Origin: Narcine bancroftii | Taxonomy: Eukaryota | Direction: 5' to 3' | DNA length: 64,000 nt | NCBI RefSeq assembly: GCF_036971445.1 | Contig: NC_091470.1 | Location: 96,968,001-97,032,000 of the forward strand | Shown here: one piece after another, positions 24,601-36,595 of the stretch | Numbering within the stretch: position 1 is the first letter of the stretch | How the letters are laid out: each line of letters opens with the position of its first letter | The notes under the pieces: model-generated | Database searches by the model: none | What the model saw: the letters and a program-made list of their open reading frames with translations, nothing else | What the model was told of the DNA's origin: nothing | Program-made: the position numbers and the translations under genes

Positions 24601-25612
24601 CACACATGTCAAACTCTGGCCCGCGGGCCAAATTTGGCCCACGATATAATTATATTTGGCCCGCAAGATCATTTCAAAAATGTATTAGAGGTGGCCCGCT
24701 GGCCGCCGCGCCAGTATAGCGCATGCACAGCTAATACTATAAATCCCAGAATGCATTGGCGTCAGCCCGCTAATCGCCCCCACCTCCTCTGTTTACGTTG
24801 CAGGGTCTCACCGTGGACTCTGGTTTTGGAGCCTGGCCGGTGTCAGGGGAAGCCAAGGCCGCTTCCCAGCGCCCGGAACCGGAGGCCTCGGGCCTGACCT
24901 CGCCAGGACCGTTGCCCACTCCCCCTCCCTGCCGCAGGCCGACCCGCGTCTCACGGTGACGGGGCCGCTGATCCGCCGAGATGCCCCCGCACTGTCGTTG
25001 TCCAACCCGATCGCCCGCAAATCCCACCCTCCTGCACACAGGCCTGAGTAAGTATTATGAACTTTAATCTCAGGGTAAAACGATCTTCCAATGGTTTCAT
25101 GTCACAGTGATAAATATATTCCTGGTTAAAAAAAAGTCCAGCACCTGGATACAAGCTCATTAGGCATAAAACTTGAAAAGTGTGTAAATCAAAGGATATC
25201 TGTACCAATGGAAAAAGGGCATGGCATATAACCCTGCTAGAGTTCATGCCCACAATCAGTCACCCATTTGATTGTTTCAGGAATCATGTTATTCTTCCAC
25301 ATTCTCAATAGCCCTCAGATTTTACTATTCGACAGCACACTAGCAACATTTGACAAATCCTCTCTAGAGAAATATTATTTATTGAATATTTTATTTCTCA
25401 TTTGTTAATGCTTCTGGAAAGAGTTTATCCAAAACTATTATTAAACATTTATTTTAATAAGAAAAAGTTTAACATTACATATGTTGAAAGAAGAGAAAGT
25501 TGAAAGAACATGCAGATGTTGTTGAAAATTTTCAATAAATATTTAGTTTGGCCCTCGACTTAGTCCAAGTTTTTAAATTTGGCCCTCCGTGAATTTGAGT
25601 TTGACACCCCTG
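24601..25612. mobile_element. Non-autonomous hAT (Charlie-like) DNA transposon
   Basis: 8-bp TSD CTCTACAC at 24593-24600 and 25613-25620. TIRs CAcacaTGTCAAACTC / GAGTTTGACACCCCTG, with subterminal TGGCCC repeats. Confidence 0.9.
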
Positions 25613-25674
25613 CTCTACACTAACTATGCTGTCCTCTCAGTTCTTTTTGTGATTTGTGGATCTGTGTCCCCAGA

Positions 25675-26045
25675 TTGATAGAGGTCTACAAGATTCTGAG
25701 AGGCATTGATAAGGTGGACTGCCAGCACCTTTTCCCCCAGGGCAGAAATAGCAAACACCAGAGGATGTCTGTAGAAAGGGAGGAATGTCTAGGGGAGATT
25801 TCAGGGGTAAATGTTGTTTTATTTTTATTTAGAGTTGTGGGTGTGTGGAATGTCTTGCCAGGGGTGGTGGTAGAGGCTGAAACATTAGGAGCCATTTAAG
25901 AGACTCTTTATCAGGCACATTGATGAAAGAAAAATAGAGGGTTACAGGGTAGGAAGGGTTTAGTATTTTTTGGGAGGAATATATAGGTCAGCACAACTTC
26001 GAGGGCCAAGGGCCTGTACTGTGCTGTAATGTTCTATGTTCTATC
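25675..26045 (+). mobile_element. CR1 LINE 3' end
   Basis: [21 protein letters not shown]; tail 'gttctatgttctat'. Confidence 0.85.
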
Positions 26046-26099
26046 CCACTGCTGACTTTGGTCAATTGTATGAAGTCTGCTCATTATTCCTACTAGATG

Positions 26100-27020
26100 G
26101 CAATCACAACACAAAGTCAACTGCTGGAGGAAATCAACAGGTCGAGCTGCTCCTGCAGGGGGTGAAATGAGTTGTCGTTTCCGGTTGAGACCCCACATCA
26201 GGACTGAGTGCGGAGAGGGAAGAAGGCCAGTGTGAAGAGGAGATGGGTAGAGATGAGATGGACTAGTAGGTGGAGTGAGGAGGACAATGGACGATAGATG
26301 TGAATAGACATAGAGGAAAGAGTGGGAAGATGGAGCCAGATGGGAGGAGCAGGGGGTGAAGATAGGTGCTGGCCAGTGATATGCAAGAGCTCAAATGCTA
26401 ACAGTCGTTGAACCTGACAAGCAAGGAAGATGATTCTTCGAGCTTTTAGGGAAGAGATGAAGTGCAGGTGGGGAATGGTGATGAAAAGTGGTGTGGGAAA
26501 GATGGGAAAATTGGAGGAAGAGAGAGGGGAACACGGGAGGCAAGTGTTACTTCAAATTGGAACACTTAGTGTGCATCATGGAGTTGTGGACTTCCTAGAT
26601 GTAATATGTTTTCATCGGACCATGTGCAAGCAGTGGAGAATGCTGAGCATGTCCAGGAACATGGGAGGGGGAACTCAGGATGGCTATGGTGGACAGCGGC
26701 TCTGCAAATTGGTTGCCTAATCTGTCTTAGGTCTTGCTGATTAAAGATTACTCCACACCAGGGCATTGAATACAGTTGTCCAGGTTGGAGGGGGTGCATG
26801 TGAGCCTCTGTGTTACCTGGAAGGGCCTTTTAGGTCTCTGGAGGTGGTGAGGCAAGACAATTCAGAATAAATGTGGCACCATCTGCTGTTGCCGGGGAAA
26901 GTGCCAGGGATCAGGGAGGGATGAACAGTTCAGGGAATTGCGAAGGAAGTGGATCCTGTGAAAAGTGGAAATGCTGGGGAGGGGAAGATGTAACTCACGA
27001 TGAGACCTCGTTACAGCTCG
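26100..27020 (-). mobile_element. Degenerate Penelope-like element
   Basis: Similar to the terminal repeat and GIY-YIG region of 35290-36600 (e.g. 'cctggaagggccttttaggtctctggaggtggtgagg'). Confidence 0.55.
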
Positions 27021-27795
27021 TGAAAATAAATTTTTTGTTGGCCTAACATTCGTATCTGGCTATTTACTAATAATGAAAAGTTAAGAATATTCTAAACTCT
27101 TCCCAATCATTGTGGCTGTTTTGTGAAATGTACATAGAAGCAGTTAGACAACACATTTAGCACAATGCTGTTACAGCGCCAGTGACTGGGGTCAAATCCA
27201 GCGCTGTCTGTAAGGGGTTTGTATGTTTTCCTCGCGTCTGTGTGGGTTTCCTCCGGGTTCAAAACTTACAGGGTTGTAAAAATGTAAGGTTAATTTTAAC
27301 ATCTGAGTGTGCAAATGAAAACAAAGTAGTGAAACCTTGGAGTTTTAGTTAGCATCTCTGGAGAAAAGTCAGTTCAACGCTTAGCCTTTCATCAGCTGCC
27401 ACCTGGATTCTTTGCAGTTCTTCCGGTGAAGGTGCTCAATATCTTTGGTTAGTGAATTCCAGAATTGAGACCCATGTCAGGAACAAATTACCTGACCTAT
27501 TCATGACAATATAGTTTGATTCTAGTGTCGATGGAGGGACAGCATCATGTTTCCTTGACCGAATGGAGGGGAATGTACTAGTTGTGGTGTTTCCATGTAC
27601 CTGCTGCTCTTGTTCTTGTCGGTGGTGCTAATTGTAGCTTGTTCTTTTGGTTCTAAATATTAAATAGGGAGCACCCGATTACAGCGGTCTAATTTCACAT
27701 CTGGACCTAGAATTGAAATGAAGATGAAAAGGTCAAAGTGAGGCTTATTAGTATCGGGTCACAGTGTGAACATGAGGCATCACAGGGTAGCTCTC

Positions 27796-28633
27796 TCAAG
27801 ATCAAGATTCAATTTATTGTCATAGTAATAAAACAGTGTCATATTACATGAAATTTCTATTTGCCTACTGCAAGGTATACAGATTCGCCACCGGCAGGAA
27901 TTGCCTAAGCGCCTCTTGTAGTTTTTGCAGTCAAGCTTACAGTCAGAAACAGAAACAAAAGAGAGTTCCCCCTCCCCATCACCACGCCCCCCAGAGTCAC
28001 CAAGTGACTGTAGCTTCACCTTTAGCTCTTCCGCAACCACACAGAGTCCAGTCCAAATCATTGGGCAACCCGAGCTCCAGATCCAAACCTCCAACATGGT
28101 CAGGACCCTCCAGTGCTTTGGCACCTCCTTGCATCCCGGTTCCAATACCTGGTACCCCTCCAGCCAGTTTGATCCAGTCTCCAGCAGTCCTCAGTCTGGC
28201 ACGAGTCTCCTGACAACACCCCACAGCTTCCATGGGTTCCTAGAGTCACCAGCAGCCCGCTGCAAGCACTGGACCCTCAACCGCACAGCCCCCCCCCCCT
28301 GCTCTGCTGCCGTGGTCACAGTCCCCACGGGTTGTCCCCTCTGCTTCTCCCTCTCAGATGGTGCATGATCTTCCCGTCCTCTGGTCCCCTGCTCCGGTCC
28401 TCTCCTTTCCCAGAGACTGCAACCCCTCGTGGCTGCTGCCGATTTATAGGCGCTGTGATCTTGGCAGCAGATCTGTGGTCGCTGGAGTTCAACTAAAACC
28501 ACCATCAGCTCCCCAACGAGCTGTTCAAAGCCTGTGTGGAGTCAATGGCGGTCGACTGGGCGGCTGGAACCTGCGGGAGCGCTGCATCTCCACTGCCTCA
28601 CTCCTTGCTGGTCCGCAGCAGCACTGCCATCTT
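27796..28633 (-). mobile_element. Non-autonomous retroelement with Rex1/Babar-like tail, copy 2
   Basis: On the minus strand it starts AAGATGGC and ends 'aataaattgaatcttgatcttga'; its 3' part is homologous to 5230-5388. Confidence 0.65.
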
Positions 28634-28767
28634 TTACTGTATGATACAAATTAATATAGAATGGAAAATCATGCAGTAGACCGTAATTATCTGAAACAGG
28701 TTTGCTACTGCTTAGTTTCATTGAAAATCCTTGGAATCAGTTGGCAGAGTACACTTTTATCCCACAC

Positions 28768-29378
28768 TAATAGACAATAGGTGCTGGAGTAGGCCAATTG
28801 GCCCGTTGAGCCAGCACCACCATTTATCGGATCATGGCTGATCTTTCCCTTCAATAACCAATCCCAGCCTTATCCTCCTAACCCTTAACTCCTCTGCCCA
28901 CAAGAGCCTTATCCAACTCTCTCTTAAATCTATTCCAACAAATCCACCCCCACTACCCTCTGCGGCAATTCATTCCACAGACTCACAACACTCTGGGTAA
29001 AAAAAATTTCTCCTCACTTTTGTGTTAAATGGCCTTTCCTGTATTCTTAAACTATGCCCTCTAGTCCTAGTCTCACCCATCATTGGGAACATGTGCTCCG
29101 ATTTAACCCTGTCAAGCCCTTTGATAATCCTAAATACCTCAATCATGTCTCCCCTCATCCTTCTAAACTCCATCGCATATAATCCAAGTCTTTCTAACCT
29201 ATCCATATATGACAATCCTGCCACCCCGGGATCTAACCTCATAAATCTGCACTGCACTCCCTCTATAGCAAGTATGTCCTTTGTTAAATATGTGGACCAG
29301 AACTGGACGCAGTACTCCAGGTGAGGTCTCACCAGGGCCTTGTACAACTGCAGGAGGGCTTCTCTACTCCTATACTCA
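28768..29378 (-). mobile_element. CR1 LINE 3' end (low divergence)
   Basis: [20 protein letters not shown]...RRMRGDMIEVFRIIKGLDRV. Confidence 0.9.
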
Positions 29379-30510
29379 TGTTATTTTCATGTACACCACA
29401 TTCTTGCTGTAATTTCTTGGGAGTATTTCTGTGGGAAAAAAAATATTCTCTTTTGTCTCAGTTTTATAGGAGCTGCAGTATTTTCTTTTGAAAGTCATGC
29501 TAGCCCAAATGCACAAGATGATTTATGGAGAACTTGAAAAGAAAATGTCCATGTTCCTTTGTTTCAGTGAAACAACTTTTTTTTGCTGGAAATGGATGGA
29601 ATGAAGATCAGAAGGGATCAGTACTGCTGCTGGCATGACTTGGACTAATTGTTGTGGAAACAAATCAAACGAGAAAATTAGCATAAGCTCCTCCTCACCC
29701 AGTAAAAGTCAAGCTTATTGTCATCTGACTGTACAAGTACAACCTGACGAAACAGTGTTTCTCCGGTCCTCAGTGCAAAACACACATACACACAACCAGA
29801 CATAACACACAGACAGACAAATAATACATATGCAGGACAAGTTTTTCATCTGCAGAAATAAATAATTCATGAATGTGAATGTCTGGGATGGTTAGTGTTG
29901 GGAAGAAGCTGTTCCTCAGCCTGGTGGTGCTGGCTCAGATCCTCCTGTATCTCTTCCCCAACGGGAGCAGCTGAAAGATACTGTGTGCGGGATGGAAGGG
30001 GTCCTTAATAATTTTGTGTGCCCTCTTCAGGCAGCCTGGTATTAGTGGATGTATTGTTTTTTGTATTTATGGAGTTTTGTTACGAAACTTTAAAGCTGTG
30101 TACTTTAAGTTGGTCTCCAGTAGTGTTAAAGGAAGAAACTTGCAGGAACAATTTGAGTGTTCATGTGAGGTTTGCAGCCATTAGCACGCGTCCTTGTGGC
30201 CTGCAATTGGTGGACAATGGTGGATTGGCCTTTTTTTAAAAAAAGGCTTTAGTGACAGTAGTGAACACATGAAGAAAGAAAAGATTTATTCAGTTTTTTT
30301 TAATCCTTGTCGTGATGCCCTGTTTCTTAGAGGCAGGCAAATTCTAATCTTTGGTCAGTATAGTTCTTTGGGTTATGCTGTGGATGTTAATGGAGTCCTG
30401 GTGAATGTGCCCTTCCTGGGGAAATCTTTAGTTTTCATTTATTAATTTTTCTAAAAATAGACTGAGAACTGATTATTTCAGTGTTGTACAACACAGCCAT
30501 ATCCCAGGGG

Positions 30511-31113
30511 CAGGTTGAGTGCCCCTTATCCAAAATGCTTGGGACCAGACGGATTTTGGTTTTTGGGTTCTTTGGATTTGGGAACAATGGAACTATGTAG
30601 CACAGTAGCATCAGCAGAATGCCTGGATCAGCAATTAAACATGAACAAACAACGGCAGACATTTTGAGTACCAACATGATGCCACAAGTGGAAAATTCAC
30701 ATGAAATAATGTTTTGTACTTGCCAAAAAATTTATCTCTGCTTACAAAAGAAGACCACCTCCCTGCCACCGCTGCCGGACCCAACACCTCCCCCCAGTCC
30801 CTGACTCTGGTCCCCGTTCCTGCCTGGGAGGCCAGCACCACACCTGATTTTGAGAATGGAGTCGTCGTCGCCAAGTCCGGCTGCAGCTGATGCTGAAGAG
30901 TTGGACCCAGCTCCGTTTGGTATCTCCCCAGCAAGAAGTAAAGAGTTTGTTATTTTTTTAGTTATTGTAATTAAACTGGTGCCATCAGAGCCCCACATGG
31001 GCAAGTCAGGTGTTGATTTCTTTTTCACTTGTGATGTCATGTCAGTGCTTTAAAAAATTCAGTTTTTGTATCTTTTCGGTTTTCATATCTTCGGATAATG
31101 AGTTCTCAACCTG
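30511..31113. mobile_element. Tigger/pogo-like non-autonomous DNA transposon
   Basis: TIRs CAGGTTGAG...TTATCC / GGATAA...CTCAACCTG. A related left end occurs at 62500. Confidence 0.7.
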
Positions 31114-32404
31114 TGCCAGCATTAGATCAGTAACATTCTCTTGCCTTGGCATTTCAAGTACTGTCCAAATACTGCTTAAACGTTGTGAGTGACCGCCTTC
31201 ACTTCTTCAGACACACATTTCGAGACTCCAACAAACCTATGGAAAACAAATTCCCTCTGAATCTCTCATCTCTCACCTTGAACCTTTTCCCTTTGCTTCC
31301 AACATCTATTTCCCATATATTTTAAAATATCTCTTCAGCTGCTGCTGCCCCACTTATCCAACCTTTTCTTACCACTGAAATGCTTGAATTGAGACAACAG
31401 CCTAGTGAATTTCCTCTTCACTCTGCAAACACAATCACATCCATTAGTGTGGTGATCAGAACTGCACACAATACACCAAGTGTGGCTGAACCAATGTTTT
31501 ACAAAATTATAACACGACGTTCCAACTCTAATCTATAACATAGCTGATAACGGCATCCCATATGCCACCTTTTCCACCTCAATTACCTGTGCTGCCACAT
31601 TCAGCTATCAGTGATTTGCCCCCCAAGGTCCTGCTGTTCATCAACACACCTTGTGACTCTACTATATTGCATATGACCTACCCTTGTTTGCCCCTGAAAA
31701 TGCATCACTTTACATTTTTCAGCATTAAATTTTATTTATTGTCCCTCTACCCACTTGATCTATATCTTGCAGTAGTCTTGGGTGATCTTCCTGGATATCT
31801 ACACCAATTTTTCTATCGTCTGCATTCTCTATCATGACTTGTACATTCATGTGCAAGTCTTTAATACACATCACAAGCATGAAAGGGTCCAGCACCAGAC
31901 TTAAAGAACACTCCTGGTCAAAGATAGAAGCTGGAAGATCGATACTGTGCTCGTGGAAGCACATCTGCCTCTTTCAGCAAAATTAAAGTTTTGTTCTAAC
32001 ACTGATCAGGAAATACTGAATGTTTAGAAGAGCATGAAGATCATTGAACAATTTATAATGAATATTTTTACCGATCTAAAATAGTTGATCTTAACTGCTT
32101 GGGAATTAATCTTAAACCCCAGCTCTAGTTGTGAAAGGCTTCATGCTGTTGCTAGTAACTTGCCAAGGCAATTTTGTGGTCACAGGTCTCCAGTCTGAGT
32201 AACAACCCTCCACTGCCGTCCTCTGTCTCCAACAATTGCCAATTCTGTACCCAACTGGTCAGCTCACTCTGGGACCCATTCCATCTGGTTAAAAGTCTGC
32301 TAAAGATCCTATCGACAATATCTACCACCTGGCCCTAATTGACCATCTTGGTTCCCACCTCAAAAAATTCAGTCAAGCTTGTGAGATATGATTTCCCATT
32401 CGCA

Positions 32405-32615
32405 TGCACAGTTAGGTTGGACCAGCGACAGGGGGTTCGAACCTCCCGCTGTCTGTAAGTAGTTTGTACATTCTCCCTGTGTCTGCATGGGTGCCCTCTG
32501 GGTACTCCAGTTTCCTCCCACTGTTCAAAATGTACAAGGTTGTATGACAATTTGGTGTAATTGGGCTCATGGACCGAAAGAGCCCGTTACTGTGCTGTAT
32601 GTTTAAATTTAAAAC
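32405..32615 (+). mobile_element. V-SINE (HE1-like)
   Basis: B-box GGTTCGAAC and 'agtttgtacattctccctgtgtctgcatgg'; inserted in a minus-strand CR1 relic. Confidence 0.75.
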
Positions 32616-33444
32616 CACGTTGATTATCCCTATTGATCCCTAGCTAGAATTTTGAATGACTATGTACCATGTACTTGTGTACATGACAGTAAATTTGTTA
32701 TTATTAATCAGTCCTTGTATGTCCGAATGCAGGTAGATCCTATCTCTCAGGATCCCCTCCGGTAACTTCCCAACAACTGACATTATCCTCACTGGCTTAT
32801 CCTTGCAGCCTTTTTAAAAATGAGAGAACAACTTTAGCAACCCTTCAGTCTTCCTGAAGAGAAAAGTGAGTTGCAGGATGTGGTCACCCCAAAGCAAGAT
32901 GATGAAATGCTCCAGAGGAAGCGCGAGACTTTAACCTAATTGTATGCGGGTCTAATTTTGGGTTGATAATTGATTTAATCGCAAGTGTGCTCCAAATCTC
33001 TTTTTGAAAGGAGTTTAATGAAATGCAATGCATGCAGTTGTAATTTATCGGGTTGATGGAATATCTTGTACAATTCTACAATGCATTGAGTTTTTTTAAA
33101 CTAAGACTTGAAGGCAAAGCTGTCAAACATTCATTGATTTGGTATTGTGCAAGTGAAATTACAACTGCCCAAATTAATTTCATTTAGGATCTTGGAATAG
33201 ATGAAGATTTTTATTCCATCAGTTGGTGTTTCTAAACTTTTGGCTAGAAATATCATTATCCATCACAAGTTTTGAATGTACAGTATTTGTTTATATTGTT
33301 AGGTGTAAAACTGAAATTGTGGTGCTCAAATGATTTTACCTCACCATAAATGGTTGAATGGTGCTGGACTGACCCAACCACCAGAAGGGCTGCATCCGCA
33401 GAATCAAGAGTTTATTGTCAGGAACATGCCATAAAGTTCGTTGT

Positions 33445-33660
33445 TTTGTGGCAGTGTTACAGTACTGGCAATCGGGATTTGGGTTCGAATCCCACACTAT
33501 CTGAACGAGTTTGTACATTCTCCCCTTGTCTGTGTGGGGTTTCCCTGAGGTCCGGTTTCCACTCACCATTCAAAATGTACCGGGGTGTAGGTTAATTGGG
33601 TGGCACAGACTTGTGGGGCAAAATGGCCTGTTACTGTGCTGTATGTCTTAATTTAAAATA
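33445..33660 (+). mobile_element. V-SINE (HE1-like)
   Basis: B-box GGTTCGAATCCC and V domain. Confidence 0.75.
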
Positions 33661-34022
33661 AATCACATTAAAAATAATTGTCCAAAGAAAGAGGAAAAGA
33701 GGTGTTACCAACTACTTGCCAACTGGATATGGAGGACTAACCTCATTTGCCTTCTGTACACCGATGGGAAGTGAAGTCTTAGTGATGACTCGGTTTCAAG
33801 TCAACTCAAGTTTATTGCCATCTGACTATACAAGTGGAGCCCAATGAAGCACTAGTTAAGTAAATTCCAAGGAATTTCAATGGTGTATTGCTGAGTCCCT
33901 GGCCAAGAATGCCCTGGACCAGCTCTGATGTAATGCTTTGTTTTCTGCCAAATCTGTCAACAATTCTTAACATTTAAAGTAAATTATTTAAAAGGTAATT
34001 TAAGGCATTTTAAAACAACTTA

Positions 34023-34220
34023 CAGTTAAACCCCCTGGTATCCGGCATCTATGGGGATTAGTAGATGCCGGATAAGTGAATTTGCCAGTTGCTTGAGATT
34101 GCATATTGTGTGGATTAGCGAACTGGTCCCTAGGGTGCACCAATTTTAAACTTTTGTATTTTTTACCTCTTTATATTTCCCTTTTTTTTGCTTGAATTTT
34201 GGATAACGGGGATTTTACTG
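34023..34220. mobile_element. Tc1/mariner-type MITE with TA TSDs
   Basis: TA|CAGTTAAACCCCC...GGGGATTTTACTG|TA; a longer relative lies at 40701-41544. Confidence 0.75.
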
Positions 34221-34639
34221 TACTTTGTTTTGTTTGTAGTTTTTTTTTAAAATGTTGACACAACATACTTAAAAATAATTACATTAAAGTCTTTTAAATC
34301 TATCTAATCCACAGCCTTCAAAGTCTTTAGATCCTAAATTAGGTCTGAATGTTGATTCAACAGTATAATGGAGGGTTGTGATAGATATCCTGGCACTTGC
34401 CAGTCAGGATGCTTTGGAATTTAGAAGTTTATAGAAAACTCTATCCAAGACTTGGTAAAATTTATGAAATTGAATGCTGATGGTTGCCAATTCCAGACAC
34501 CTAATATTTAATCCAATAATTTGTAAGGGATCATTCTACTATAAGCTTCAAGATCCAGAATGCATTCCTCCAAGTAGGCTTCTACTTCAGGACAATCTTT
34601 AAATAGTACTTATCAAAGTGTCACTCTCACATGTCTGTT

Positions 34640-35052
34640 CATGACCTGATGTATTAACCTACATAAACCACCCGCAAATTGGAGGAACAACACCTGATTT
34701 TCCACCTGGACTCTCTCCAGCCAGATAGCATTAACGTTGACTTGTTCAGTTTCTGCTAATCTGCACTCCCCTTCCCTTCCTCTTTCTAGTTCTCCTCCCT
34801 CCCCTTCATCTAGCCTCCCTCCTCCCCTTGATTGCTACTATCCCCTCCCTCCCTTCTCCATATCACCTCCTGCCTTTATGACCACACCATCCCCCCCCCC
34901 CCACCCCACTACTCTTTTGCTCAGATGCCTGTCAACATTTTTCCATACCTTGATGAAGGGCTCAAGCCCGAAACATCGGTTCTGTATCTTTATCTTTGCA
35001 ACATAAAGGCACTGTTTAACCTGCTGAGTTTCTCCAGCATTTGTGTGTTTTT
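34640..35052 (+). mobile_element. Penelope-like element 3' end
   Basis: 'cgcaaattggaggaacaacacctgattttccacctggactctctccagccagatagcattaac' (RKLEEQHLIFHLDSLQPDSIN), followed by a terminal repeat. Confidence 0.75.
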
Positions 35053-35289
35053 TCACACACAAAACGTAATATGTGAAACAGACTTTCAAAATAAAGTTAA
35101 AGCATAGGGAGAGCAGCCGCTGTCTGCTTGCTTTGGTGCTTAATGGGCTTAAAATTGTTTGGCACAAAAGTGGTGATTGTGTTACTGAGATTAAGTAGAT
35201 CCTTGAAAATGTATTATTTTGCAAATTGTGTGTTGGGAATAGCAAAGAAGGGAATATTTCCCAAATATTTAGTGAATTTGTTTTGCTTA

Positions 35290-36595
35290 ATAAGTAAAAA
35301 TGCAGAAATGCTGGAGAAACCCAGTAGGTGTCGCAGCATCCACAAGAGGTAAAGATATATTACTGACATTTTGGGCCTGAGCCCTTCTTCAAGGTATGAG
35401 CAGGCAGGTATCTGAATTAAAGACTAGAGAGAAAGGGGGTACAATGGGAGGGGCAGGAGTCCAGATCAAACAAAAGGTGTTAATTGGATATGGATAGGAA
35501 GGCAGGAGAGAAGAAGGGTGAGAATTGTCTGTTGCTTTTGGCTCTGTGGAAGCAGAGCTGGGGGAAAGGAGATAGAGAAAGGTTTAGGGGGGGGGTGGTG
35601 ATGACGGAGACCGGAGAAGTTGATGTTAATGTCATCCAGTTGAAGCGTACCCAGATGGAGGATGAAGGGTTGTCCCTCCAATTTGCAGGTGGTCTCAATC
35701 TGGTAGTGCATGAGAACATGGACAGACATGGCACCACTGGACAGGAAATGGACTTGGGTGGCCACTGGGAGATCCATGCTATTACGGCAGGCAGAGCTGA
35801 TGATCTTAACGAAGTGATCTCCCAGTCTGTGCCCAGTCTCTTCGACGTAGAGGAGACCACAATGGGAGCACTGGATGCAGTAGATGACCCCTGCAGATTT
35901 GCAAGTGAAATGCTGCTTCACTTGGAAGGACTGTTTGGGGCCCCAAATGGTGGTGAGGGAGGATGTGTGGGCATGTGGACTATCTTCTGCAGTCACAGTG
36001 GTAGGTTCCAAGGTGAGGAGGGATGAATGGATGAGAATGTTGGAGGGAAGGCAGAGAGGAGAAGAGGGGAATATCTGTCTGGTGGTGGGATCCCGTAGTT
36101 ATTGGCGGAAATGGTGGAGGAGGATATGTTAGATGTGGAGGCTGGTGGGGTGGTAGGTGAGGACAAGGGAAATCCTGCATTGTTCCAAGTGGGGGCAGAG
36201 TGGGTCAGGGCAGATGTGTGCGTAGTGGAAGATATGCAGGTGGGAGCCGAGTTGATGGTTGTAGAGGGGAAGTCTCATTGTTTGAAGAAGGAGGACATCT
36301 CTAATGATCTGGCATGGAAGACTTCATTTTGGGGGCAGATTCCCTCTCTGCCTTCCACAGGACAAGAGTGTCACGGAGGGAGTGGTTTCTGTGGAAGGCA
36401 GAGAATGGAGGAGAAGGGAAGATGTGACTGGTACCTGCCTGCTTTTTACTCGTACATTGAAGAAGAGCTCCGACCCGAAACATTACTTATACATCTTTAC
36501 CTCCTGTGGATGCTGCGAGACCTGCTGACTTCATCAGCATTTTTGTCTTTTTTTTTCCTACAATCACAGCATCTGCAAACTTTCATGTTTCACTC
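35290..36595 (-). mobile_element. Penelope-like retroelement remnant (GIY-YIG endonuclease) flanked by inverted pseudo-LTRs
   Basis: ORF 35466-36011 contains GPKQSFQVKQHFTCKSAGVIYCIQCSHCGLLYVEET. About 35295-35410 is the imperfect reverse complement of about 36432-36545. Confidence 0.85.

Noticed and set aside
30732-31053. Ser/Ala/acidic small ORFs
   Set aside because: They are internal to a Tigger-like element and are at most a transposase tail relic.
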